In this document: piece by piece, positions 1-9,946 of the stretch
Layout of the letters: each line of letters opens with the position of its first letter
Numbering within the stretch: the stretch's first letter is position 1
Assembly (NCBI GenBank): GCA_043228905.1
Contig: JBHGNT010000519.1
Location: forward strand, 1 to 21,859
Direction: 5' to 3'
From: Azolla caroliniana
Taxonomy: Eukaryota; Plantae; Polypodiophyta
DNA: 21,859 nucleotides
Position numbers and translations under genes: made by a program
Notes under the pieces: model-generated
Told to the model about the DNA's origin: nothing
Database searches by the model: none
Seen by the model: the letters and a program-made list of their open reading frames with translations, nothing else

Positions 1-229
1 AAGCATTCTCTTCCAATAGGGCGAGACCCAACAAAAGAAGCATGGAGACACGTTGGGGTCGGATCAAGGTGATGATTGATTGCCATCGGGCGATGCGATG
101 TTTATGAGCTGGAAGGGTGATGCCAAGTAATTGGTTGTTTCAGATCATATCGTTGTGGAATCCTAGTGTGCCAAGTGGCAAGGTCCGATTGGTCGGTTCG
201 GACACCCGGCAAGTACCAGACTATATATC

Positions 230-255
230 TATGTATGTATGTATGTATGTATGTA
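230..255. repeat. (TATG)n microsatellite upstream of NBP35
   Basis: About 6 perfect TATG units. Confidence 0.9.
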
Positions 256-320
256 CATACATATCTATATAACCTAAGTCTAGAGTTCAGAAGAGTTGAA
301 ACAGAGACTTCAGATCACAG

Positions 321-328
321 AAACCCTA
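321..328 (+). promoter_or_regulatory. Telo-box (AAACCCTA) in the NBP35 5' region
   Basis: Exact AAACCCTA about 30 nt upstream of the ATG, a typical position in plant housekeeping genes. Confidence 0.5.
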
Positions 329-358
329 GAACAGAGCAACCTCTTGAAATCCACCGCC

Positions 359-2134
359 ATGACAGAGAACCCATCAAATGGTCCCGTGGGCGATGTCCCT
401 GAGGATGCGAATAAGCGTAATATCCCTCTGTCTCTCTATTTTTCCCTGACTCAGACATATACATATCCACAATTCACACACACCAGCTTATTTTGTCTTG
501 GCTTCTTCCTTTGCAGATTGTCCTGGAACCGAGGCAGAGGAAGCTGGGAAAGCAGAAGCTTGTGCTGGATGCCCTAACCAACAGATTTGTGCCACAGCCC
601 CCAAAGGACCTGATCCTGGTATGCGTTTATTTTGTATGGTATGTGATATGCTAATGATACATGATGAAGATGACAATGATATGCAGGATTAATGCTTTCG
701 GGTTTAGATGAAGAGATTTTCTATTCATTCATCATATATATGGCACGCATCTCATTCTAGGGTTACATGATTACGATGATGATACTGTGTAGATTTATGG
801 TTTTTGCTTGACTACAGAGTTTAACGTCATATATATGGTATATGACATGCTCCGCCATCTAGAATTACATGATGATGATGTGTGTAATGTAAATATATGT
901 TCGTCTGAATCAGAAAAGAGTGGTGTGTGAATAGCCCAATTAAAGAGATTCATATGACATGCTCCTCCATCTAGAATTACATGATGATGATGCGTATAGT
1001 GTAAATATATGTTCGTCTGAATCAGAAAAGACTGTTACGTGAATAACCCAATTAAAGAGATTCATATTTAACGCTTTTGTTGCTTTGGCACTCTTGATTG
1101 AATTGGGAAGACCAAGATTTGAATAAGTTTAGGCTCTTTTATGCAATCAACGGGTTTTCTTATATGCTTCTGGCATCCCATGATAATGAGATTAAAAAGT
1201 CTTTTTGTGAAAACTTGATGTAGATCTTCAACAAATTGCCGAGCGTATGCAAACCATAAAGCACAAAATCTTGGTGCTTTCGGGGAAAGGTGGAGTTGGG
1301 AAGAGCACATTTGCATCTCAGTTGTCATTTGCATTAGCAGGGAAAGATAAGCAAGTCGGCTTACTTGATATAGACATTTGCGGGCCGAGTATACCAAAAA
1401 TGTTAGGACTCGAGGGTCAAGAAATCCACCAAAGCAACCTTGGATGGTCACCGGTATATGTCGAGGATAATCTCGGTGTGATGTCTATTGGTTTTATGCT
1501 GCCCGACCCTGATGAGGCGGTCATATGGAGAGGCCCTAGAAAGAATGGGCTAATCAAACAATTCCTTAAGGATGTTTACTGGGGTGATTTGGACTATTTG
1601 ATTGTCGATGCGCCCCCAGGTACCTCCGATGAACACATCTCTATTGCGCAGTATCTTAAGGCAACTAATGTAGATGGTGCCATTATTGTCACCACTCCCC
1701 AAGAGGTATCTATCATTGATGTGAGGAAAGAGATTAACTTTTGCAAGAAGGTGGGTATTCCAGTCATCGGTGTGGTTGAGAACATGAGTGGGCTGTTACA
1801 ATCTTTTGGTAGTCTGGTATTCAAGAAGCTGAATGAGGAGGGAGATGAGGAAGATGTGACGAGAATTATTAAAGAAGAGCTAGAGAGGTGCTGTCCGAGT
1901 ATTAAATCGCTTTATGCATTTTCCGAAGTTTTCCATGTCTCAGGTGGTGGTGCACAAAAGATGGCCAAAGACATGAATGTCCCTTATCTAGGGAGGGTTC
2001 CTATGGACCCTGAACTAAGCCGAGCAACTGAAGAAGGACGCTCGTGTTTTAACAATGTGAAAGGATCGAGTGTTCCGTACTTAAACAAGATAATAAAGAA
2101 GGTCATTGATACTGTCGAAGCGAGCATTCCATAG
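359..2134 (+). CDS. NBP35: Cytosolic Fe-S cluster assembly factor NBP35 (Mrp/NBP35 P-loop NTPase); spliced CDS join(359..416,517..618,1224..2134), 356 aa
   Basis: ATG at 359. GT..AG introns at 417-516 and 619-1223 join in frame (1071 nt) to give [68 protein letters not shown]. Contains the N-terminal CX13CX2CX5C motif, deviant Walker [33 protein letters not shown] and VVENMSG. Closely resembles Arabidopsis NBP35 as I recall it. Confidence 0.96.
417..516 (+). other. NBP35 intron 1 (100 bp, phase 1)
   Basis: GTAATA donor; pyrimidine tract and TTGCAG acceptor; splicing restores the conserved His-Cys-Pro-Gly. Confidence 0.92.
619..1223 (+). other. NBP35 intron 2 (605 bp, phase 1)
   Basis: GTATGC donor and TGTAG acceptor; splicing restores the conserved PDPDL..IAERM. 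Confidence 0.92.
841..1064. repeat. 112-bp tandem duplication inside NBP35 intron 2
   Basis: TATGACATGCTCC...TAAAGAGATTCA at 841-952 and 953-1064, highly similar; an older partial copy lies at about 730-785. Confidence 0.9.
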
Positions 2135-2869
2135 TTTTTCCATATATGGATGTAAGAGATCTCACTTTTAAAGATTTAAACCTTACAGAAATAGCTGCAG
2201 ATGTTTTGCTACACTTGACCGGTTGTGCTAATGAGGTGGAGGTTGTTTATGCATGTTTTTATTTTGATGGGTTTATGTCTATTAACACAGGAGCTTATCA
2301 AACATGACATGGGTTTGTGGAAAATATCTTAAATTGATCTTGTATATTTGCTGGAAGATTAGAACCTACATGAACATTATAGGTGATAATATCGAGTGGC
2401 ATTATTTACTGTAAATGAAAAATCTGAATAATGTTGGATGTAATTATTAAACCATCATAGAAAATTTTGGTGGTTGGTTAGTGTTAAGTGTAATGTTTTC
2501 ACACATTTTGGTTCCAAATAGGAATGGGACTCATCTTTCAAAGAGTGGTGTGGCAAACCCCCTTACGGTGAAATATTATCCTAGGGGACGTCCATTACAA
2601 CAATGTAAATGTTATTACACTAAATGTTATCATCCTAGGATAACTTGATGCCACCATAACAAGTTTGTAATTGTGAAGATCTAAAGTGTAGAATTAATGA
2701 TTGCATTGGTTTAGTCGAGCTTTGTGTAAAGAGTTTCTTTTCCAATGGACTCGATTGTCCATAGTGGTGTGATGAACCCCTTGGGGAAAAATGCTATCCT
2801 AGGTGACCATAACAAGAATATATTTGTTATAACACTAAAAGTTACCCTAGAAATAACATGAGGCCCCAA

Positions 2870-3971
2870 CAGTGTTACCTTTTGACGGCCAACATTGCTT
2901 GTCATGAGAACGGTATTCCAAAAAATTTGCTCGTCAAATGATGGTTTGTCGAAAAAATTGCTCATCAAAAAGTAAATACATTGAATATTTGTACTAAACA
3001 ATATATTATACCCTTCTATCCTTTGCATCTTTCCTAATTTCATATACACAATCCCATTCTATTTCTTCAATGTGTGGCCCATTCAATGAGACTCGCATTA
3101 AATCATCTAAATGTTCTATATTCAATCGATTTCTTTTCATATCTTTGATGAGATTTTGCTTAGAGAATCCTCTCTCACACGAAACCATGGTAGATGGAAT
3201 AACCAAAGTAATGTGCCATAATTTCATCAAATGAGGGAAATTATCTTGCCAATCCTTCATTTTGCAAAACATACGCCAAGTTTCATGCATAGTATAGCCT
3301 TCATAATTTAAAGTAAAGTGTCAACAAACCTAAACCTATAGAGTTCCATTTCACAAGCCTTTGCATCATGTAAAAATTGAAGACATGCATTGACATCAAT
3401 GATAAATTATAAGTTGTGTGTGAGAGTTGCGAAGTTATGGATGTATTCCATCAATGATCAATTATAACTTGTGAGAGAGAGAGAGAGAGGATGGGAAAGA
3501 AAGAAAGAACAAAGTACAACTTGATCAACGCAAAGAGCTTGAGAAAGGATTACAACTTGATCAAAGCAAAGGAGAGAGTGAGAGAGAAATAAAAAAAGAA
3601 GTAGAAGCAAATGGAGAGAGAGAGAGAGAGAAACAAACAAACAAAAGAGAGGAATGGGTTCAAAATAGGAGAAACCGTAAGTTTATTTTCCTTCTCTTTT
3701 ATCATATCACATAACATATGTTTTACACATTTACTTTCCTTAAATAAAACTATATGCTATGCCCTATGAATTGTAATTTGTAACTACTAATACATGTACT
3801 ATTGTTTTGGCCTTAGCAAAATTTGACGGTATTAACAAAATTTAAACCTTCATATTTATGTTTTTATAAAATATGTGCCCATCAAGATTGACAGTTTCAT
3901 TTTCAAATTAACCTTCATATACGGTTAAATTTGCCAAAAACGTTCAAAACGGCCGTCAAAAGGCAACACTG
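2870..3971 (-). mobile_element. Non-autonomous hAT DNA transposon (1102 bp, internally deleted)
   Basis: 21-bp TIRs CAGTGTTACCTTTTGACGGCC (2870-2890) and GGCCGTCAAAAGGCAACACTG (3951-3971) with 1 mismatch; exact 8-bp TSD GGCCCCAA (2862-2869 and 3972-3979); internal hAT transposase C-terminus. Confidence 0.93.
3006..3290 (-). pseudogene. hAT transposase C-terminal dimerisation-domain fragment (ZNF862-like)
   Basis: FPHLMKLWHITLVIPSTMVSCERGFSKQNLIKDMKRNRL..LDDLMRVSLNGP matches the hAT P.S...CER.FS....IK...RNRL motif; the N-terminal part of the transposase is absent. Confidence 0.85.
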
Positions 3972-4355
3972 GGCCCCAATAACAAGAATGTAGTCATGAA
4001 GATCTAAAGACCAAAATTAATGATTGCATCGGTTTAATTGAGCTTATCGCAGAGATTTCTTTTCCAAATATGCAAAATAAATGAAAATGAATGCCAAACA
4101 GTGGAGCACGACTAATGGTTTATAATCTAGACTCTAGTCATGATAATCTTGTTATACGTGTTTTCATTCTTCTAGCTTTATCCAGAAGTCATCAACCTTG
4201 CTTATTTAAAAGCATTGGGAATGTTTTTTACAACTGACCTACATAGGGTGGCACAAGTGTGTAACATGCACACATGTTAGATTCCTGCATTAAATTAGCA
4301 TGAGGGAGAATGTGGTGATTCGTGAACAAGAAACACAACAAACTTTAGGGGGTCG

Positions 4356-4652
4356 CAATGTTGTAGAATACTTAGCATGCAATACGCGTAGAATACATGT
4401 GCTAAGCATTCTACCCTTTTTTTAAATACTTAGAATACTAAAAATATGTAAAATACTTTTTGAAATTCGAAGTTTTTTATAAAACAATATTTTTGTTAAT
4501 TTAAATTTTTTTTAGACTTTTTTGAAATGTTAAATACTTGTTAAATACATCAAATACGTAGAATACATAGAATACATGAAATGGCAATTTTAGAATGTAG
4601 AATACTTCAAGAGTATTCTAAACCGTAGAATACACATTTTCTAACAACTATG
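4356..4652. mobile_element. Putative MITE/hAT-derived element with TAGAATAC subterminal repeats
   Basis: Ends CAATGTTGTAGAA and TTCTAACAACTATG are imperfect inverted repeats; many (T)AGAATAC/GTATTCTA/AAATAC motifs flank an AT-rich core; no clean TSD. Confidence 0.5.
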
Positions 4653-6401
4653 GCCCTTCGTAGTTATGCTCCATGGGTGAGGAAAGTCATGAGACACTAC
4701 ATACATTTTATCAAATGGAAAAACGGCAAAGTGACCCTACTGCCATTGGTCCCTCAAAACCGAGAAACCCAAAGCTTTTAATAGGTATATTGGTTGGCCT
4801 ATATACATTAACCAAAAGCTTTTAAACCGGTGACATTCTCAAGAGGGAAATGTGCAAAAACTAAACCTACGTTATGATAATAACTGGGCATTTACTTTTT
4901 ACTTCAATTTATTTTGTGAAATAAATCTAGGCACCTATATATATAGTAAAGAGCCAACACAAGAGTTTGATATGGTGGTTGAATTAAAAACTTGAAAATG
5001 ACAACATTGAATGCCCGACCTACGTAAAGTGGAAGTATGTATGTAAAAGGATTCAATGAATTTGAGTTATGTAAATATGATATCCTTTAGTTACCTATGT
5101 ATCGGTAAGAAAAAAAAACCAATACAAAGTGTTCGCACTAAGTTGTGTTGGTCAAAGTGGTGCCAACTTGCTTTATGTTGCGTCGCAATCGAGATTGTCA
5201 CCTTTAAGGTCTAGCTCAAGCAAAGTCTCTTTGTTTGGGTTTGGATATCTTTATTTTCTTGCTTGAAGGTAACTCGTTCATTTGGGGTCTCGCTTGAAGT
5301 CTCCCGCCTGTTGTCATTCACTTCATGTAGAGCTGATTCACTCTTTTTTTCTCCACAACTTGTATATCTTGTGAAGCCTGAATGTGTATTTGTTGTGAGA
5401 ACTAGGAACATGCCTTTATCAAACACAATCGACGGTTGAAAATTAACACATGTGTAATATATCCACACGGAGGCTATGAGGGTCTTATTTTCTTGTACTA
5501 TAATATTCTTGTACAAAAGGGGCAACAGGTTTTGGGTAGAATTTAAAGTGCTTTGATGTGATTCTATTGAATAAAATCTACTGTTTCTCCCTTTTATTGA
5601 CTTGGTGGTCTAACAACTATGTAGCATCAAAGTCATAAAATTGAGGGAAACTAGGTTCAATCCTTGCCATGGGTGAGGCCCCGTCTCATAGATCGTAATT
5701 AGTCTCTTGTGAACATTAAAAGATACCTATTTAACCTTCACTCTTATTTAGCTTCGATACCATCCCAAGGCCCTAGTGTATGATGACCCACATTAAGGAA
5801 TATTTTGGGGGAATGTGAAACAACCATGTCTTGGACATGTATGAAAGATTTTATGAGGTGAGGAATCAAAACGTAGAGAAACTCGTTGGGTGGGACATCA
5901 TTCAAGAGGGGACAATATTGTGTCTTAAGGACAATAGAACGACTATTTTGAATTGAATACATTAGTTAGGCTTGTGACCTTAATGAGTTTGTTGATATGA
6001 TGTGTGGTTGTAGCATTGACCTTAAAACATCAAAAGACATCACAAAATAATAGCACTTTCCCACATTTTCACTATTCTCTTCTCATACCCATGTATTACC
6101 GGGCCTAGCCAATGCAAAAAGCACCAACCAACCATCCATCCATCCATCCATCGTCGACTCAATGCACCGAAATATTCTTAAATCCAGACTGGAACAAGCG
6201 CGCAACATCACAATTAATGCCCATTGATCCCACTTGACACGAATATGTTAACATGGTTGATATGGATTGAAAAATTGCACAATTTCAATTCGAAGTTGTG
6301 GTCGAAAAGCACACACGATAGCGTACATGCATCCCAACAGAGAACGCATCAATCTAGAATAGTTTCCTAGAGCTCCAAAACTGATTGCATACGAGAGAGA
6401 T

Positions 6402-6836
6402 TATACATAGAAGAACCCTTCCCAATGGAGATCCTAGGCCATGCAACACACACTAGAGGTGTGTACCACCAATGAGAAACAAGCACATATGGCATCGAGG
6501 AGAGAGAGAGAGAGACTATACATAGAAGAGTCCAAACCCAACGGAGGCCTAGCGTGTACCAATTGTCCAACAAGTGCCGCAATATCCTAAAGGAGTGTAC
6601 CAATGATCAAACAAGCATGAATGGCACGCCACCAAAGAGACCATACATTGAAGAACCCCCAACCCAATGGAGACCCTAGGCCATGTAATGCACCGGAGTT
6701 GTGTACCACCAATGACCAATATGGCAAGCAACAAGCACATTTGGCATGTGAGGGACACTATATATACATAGACGAGCCCGAACCCAATGGACATACTAGG
6801 CCATGTGGCATGCTCAAAGTGTGTGTACCAATGAAC
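6402..6836. repeat. Diverged tandem array, about 4 units of 115-125 bp
   Basis: Recurring ATACATAGAAGA..CCCAATGGA..CTAGGCCATG..GTGTACCA..ATGA..CAAGCA..TGGCA, starting at about 6402, 6516, 6642 and 6764. Confidence 0.8.
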
Positions 6837-7470
6837 AAAACAACAACTCGAAGGCCCTCTCTAGTTACCACATTTGAGACAAATGGGGGTTTGTTGTTCA
6901 AGCATCATCATATGGCTTCTAACATAGAACAAATTCTACCACATGAATCGTAAGATAACAGTGGTCGTGCTTTCAACTTAGCATCCAATGATAGTTTCGT
7001 AGTAACCAAAAGAAGAAAACCTTGATGCAAACAAGCTATAAAGGGATTCAAACTTTCCGTCGATCAAAAAATGCACAACAAATTCAACACTTTCACACTG
7101 ATACTATCGCGGACTACAGATACTCGCATGTGGACATGAATCTAAGGGGTTTTTTAGACCCAATTTTTTAAGCATTTCAATCATTTCTTATGATCATTTC
7201 AAATCACACTTAGAGAACCTATTAACCTGAATCAAATCCCCAAAAAAGAAAAGAAAGCAAGACTTTTCATATTGTGCTGGAATTTAAGTAAGAAGAATTT
7301 TAAGAAGAAAAATTACAATGAATTTAAAGGTTAATTAAATAAAATAGGTCCATTCCATTGGAATTGGATGGTCAAACAAATGTGCAGAACAATAGAAATA
7401 GATAAAATGAAGACCCAAAAAAAACAAATAAAGAGAGTGGGTAGTAGGCACAAGTAGTTCCAATTCATGG

Positions 7471-7745
7471 TTCAGGGTTTTTAAAGGCAGGCAATGATGG
7501 TAAGGTTTAGGGTTATTAAGGCAGGCTTCGTTTTTTTTTATAGTGCTGCTATAGCTCAATGGTCCATTCAGCGTAGGTTTTAGGGTTATAGAGGTTCAGG
7601 AATTTGAAGGGGGTTTAAAGGGTTTTTTGGTTTGGAGGGCCTCCTTCCTGAGGGCATTTTTGAAGAGGAGATTGAAGCTTGAATTCAGGGTTTAGGGTTA
7701 TTTTTTTAGGGTTTTTCAGAGGGTGGTTTGATTATTAGGGGTTTG
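7471..7745. repeat. Cluster of dispersed plant telomere-type heptamers downstream of KCS
   Basis: Exact TTTAGGG at 7506, 7579, 7691 and 7705; TTCAGGG at 7471 and 7684; TTAGGGG at 7735. Confidence 0.55.
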
Positions 7746-7776
7746 GATGGATGGATGGATGATAAAATTATGCTGA

Positions 7777-9357
7777 TCAGAGGTGGATGCGCTGGTAGTC
7801 AGGGATTTGAAGAGGGTAGTTATCGATGGTGTCGAGCCAAGGGTTGTGCTTGGATGGCTTCTTCACGGTCCGGAGAGCTCTCCAGACGGCGCTGTTGCAC
7901 TTGAAGCCGGAGCCGAAGGCGAGCTGCCAGACCCGATCGCCGCGCTTCACCTTGCCTTTGGCCTCGAGGTAGGCCAATTCATACCACATGGAGCTGCTGG
8001 AGGTGTTGCCCCACCTGTGGAGGGTCATCCTGGAGGGCTCCATGTGGTGGTCGCGGAGCTCCAGATTCTTCTGAAGCTCGTCCAGGACCTGCTTGTTGGC
8101 GGCGTACATGCAGAAGTGGTCGAAGGCGAGCTTGAAGTCGGGGATGTAGGGCTTGAGGTCGGCCATGGCCAGGAGCTTCTTGCAGAGGAGGGTGGCCAGG
8201 AAGAGGAGCTGCTCGGAGGCCGGGAGGACGAGGGGGCCCAGGGTGGTTATGTTGGTTTTGATGGCGTCGGCCGCCACGTGGACGAGGTCCTCGGAGAGCG
8301 ACAGGCCCTTGCGCATCTGCTGGTCTTCTTGCTGCATCACGGCGCGGTAGGCGCGGTCGTCGGCGCCCTTGTGCGTCCGTACGACGTGGGTGAGGGCGTA
8401 CTTGGCGCGGCGGCGCTCGGAGCGCTTGTTGGAGAGGAGGGCGGCGGCGCCGCCCAGGCGGAAGACGCAGTTGGGGAGGAGCATGGAGCGCGTGTCGCCG
8501 CCGTACCACCCCATGGTGGTGCTCTCCGTACTCACCACCACGGCGTACGACCCGCCGTGCGCCTGCAGCATGTCGTTAGCCAGATCTAACGATATGACCC
8601 CCGCGCTGCAGCCCATGCCGCCGATGTTGAAGCTCAGTATGTTGCCCCGCATCTTGTAGTGGTTGATGATCATGGCCGACAGCGACGGCGTGGGGTTGAA
8701 GAGGCTGCAGTTCACCACCAGGATCCCCACGTCCTTGGGCCTCACCTTCGTCTTCAAGAAGAGCTCGTCCAGCGCCCCGAACATCACCATCTGCGCCTCC
8801 TCCCTCCCGGCCTTCATGGTCGGCGACGGCGGGTTGCTCAGCACACCCTTGGACAGATACGTCTCTTCACCGATCCCCGACCTCTCCAGAAACTTCCTCA
8901 TGTACTCCAAGCTCTGCTCGCTCAACGTCCCCACCTCCGCCGCATGGCGCAGCAGCCCGGCTCTGCTCACCTTCAGCTCCTCCGGCGGCTTATAGCAGGC
9001 GAAGTCCACCAGGTAGACCGGCCTCGGGCACGATAGCAGGTAGAGCGTGGCCAAGAAGATTATGGCCCCCGTGCACGCCACCATCCCGAACAAGCTCACC
9101 TCCAGGTTGTTCCATAGCTGGATCCACAGCTCCTGCTTCGACAGCGTCCCGATCTGCGCGCTCAGTGCCACCAGCAGCACCGGGATCGTGAAGAGGTAGA
9201 AGCCATGGCTGATCAGGTAGTGGTAGCCGAGCTTCACGTACTTGAGGTTCACGGAGTGCAGGAAGTCCGGGAGCCTGCGCCGTACCCGGACAGAGAAGCT
9301 CATGGAGCCATTGGGCACGATCTCGGTGGCCACGTCCAGGGCCTCTTCCTTCACCAT
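7777..9357 (-). CDS. KCS10: 3-ketoacyl-CoA synthase (FAE1/KCS family), FIDDLEHEAD/KCS10-like; intronless, 526 aa
   Basis: The ORF from the ATG at 9357 (context GCC-ATG-G) encodes [28 protein letters not shown] (FDH-type N-terminus), two hydrophobic segments, [56 protein letters not shown] and [10 protein letters not shown]. The orthology assignment is from memory of FDH. Confidence 0.92.
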   Translation of the reverse strand: MVKEEALDVATEIVPNGSMSFSVRVRRRLPDFLHSVNLKYVKLGYHYLISHGFYLFTIPVLLVALSAQIGTLSKQELWIQLWNNLEVSLFGMVACTGAIIFLATLYLLSCPRPVYLVDFACYKPPEELKVSRAGLLRHAAEVGTLSEQSLEYMRKFLERSGIGEETYLSKGVLSNPPSPTMKAGREEAQMVMFGALDELFLKTKVRPKDVGILVVNCSLFNPTPSLSAMIINHYKMRGNILSFNIGGMGCSAGVISLDLANDMLQAHGGSYAVVVSTESTTMGWYGGDTRSMLLPNCVFRLGGAAALLSNKRSERRRAKYALTHVVRTHKGADDRAYRAVMQQEDQQMRKGLSLSEDLVHVAADAIKTNITTLGPLVLPASEQLLFLATLLCKKLLAMADLKPYIPDFKLAFDHFCMYAANKQVLDELQKNLELRDHHMEPSRMTLHRWGNTSSSSMWYELAYLEAKGKVKRGDRVWQLAFGSGFKCNSAVWRALRTVKKPSKHNPWLDTIDNYPLQIPDYQRIHL

Positions 9358-9439
9358 GGCCAAAGGGGGAGGGGAGGGGCCTCTGTCTCTCTCTCTGTGT
9401 GTCTCTCCTTCCTTCCTTTGTTTGTTGTAGAGGGATGTT

Positions 9440-9740
9440 GATTTTGATGATGATGAAAACAGGGGGGAGGGAATCTGAATCTGATGAGGAATCTGATGAT
9501 GAAGAGAACACAGGGAAGGGGGCGATTTAAGATGAAGAAACACAGGGGAGGAATCTGAAGGAATCTGATGATGAAGGGGAGGAATCTGATTACAAGAAAC
9601 AGGGGAGGGATTACTGATGATGATGATGATGATGAAGAAACAGGGGAGGTTTTTTGATGAAGAAACAGAGCAGGGATTTGATGAAATGAAACCAAAGAGG
9701 GATTTTATTTATTTTATGAGGAACAGAGGGGATGATTTTT
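9440..9740. repeat. Compound minisatellite in the KCS 5' leader/promoter
   Basis: About 7 units built from AAACAGGGG(A)GG, GAATCTGA and (TGA)n, followed by poly-T tracts at 9737-9775. Confidence 0.75.
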
Positions 9741-9936
9741 TTTTTCCTTTTTTTCTTTTTTTTTTTTTTTTTTTTGAGTTTGGGGTAGAGAAGAACAAAG
9801 AGGAGGTCTCTGATTTTTAAAAGCTTTTTGCTTTTTGTGTGTCTTGTGTCTTTTTATTTTATTTTCCTTTGTATTTTTTCTTTTTTTTTCTGTTACTATA
9901 AATGATTGATTGATTGAAGGAGGAGTTGGCAGGTCT

Positions 9937-9946
9937 CATTTAATGC
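9937..9946 (-). promoter_or_regulatory. Candidate HD-ZIP IV (L1-box-like) binding site upstream of KCS
   Basis: CATTTAATGC matches the CATT(A/T)AATG pseudopalindrome; further TAAATG cores at about 9900 (+) and 9990 (-); about 580 bp upstream of the ATG. Confidence 0.35.

Larger units (their letters stand above)
2543..4066. repeat. About 220-bp diverged tandem duplication; second copy interrupted by the hAT element
   Basis: Copy 1 is about 2543-2745. Copy 2 is about 2763-2869 plus 3980-4066. Shared blocks: AGTGGTGTG..AACCCC, TATCCTAGG, TAACAAG, TGAAGATCTAAAG, AATTAATGATTGCAT, TTTCTTTTCCAA. Confidence 0.75.

Noticed and set aside
1247-2134. Stand-alone 295-aa ORF resembling a CFD1-like protein without the N-terminal cluster domain
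   Set aside because: Two upstream exons supply the CX13CX2CX5C domain through canonical splice sites.
3458-3640. Hydrophobic 60-aa ORF
   Set aside because: Translation of the GA/TC microsatellite-rich interior of the hAT element.
5600-5670. tRNA gene or SINE suggested by GGTTCAATCC
   Set aside because: No cloverleaf, no convincing A box, tail or TSD.
8104-8106. U-to-C RNA editing restoring His (UAC to CAC) in KCS
   Set aside because: Plant U-to-C editing is established for organellar transcripts; this is a nuclear locus and the sequence offers no support.
7783-9511. Several long antisense and alternate-frame ORFs (268, 176, 173 and 125 aa) overlapping KCS
   Set aside because: Shadow ORFs expected from the high GC3 codon usage of the real gene; no recognisable motifs.
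9358-9543. 62-aa N-terminal extension of KCS in the ORF track
   Set aside because: Starts at GTG within low-complexity repeats; the ATG at 9357 has good context and matches FDH-like N-termini.
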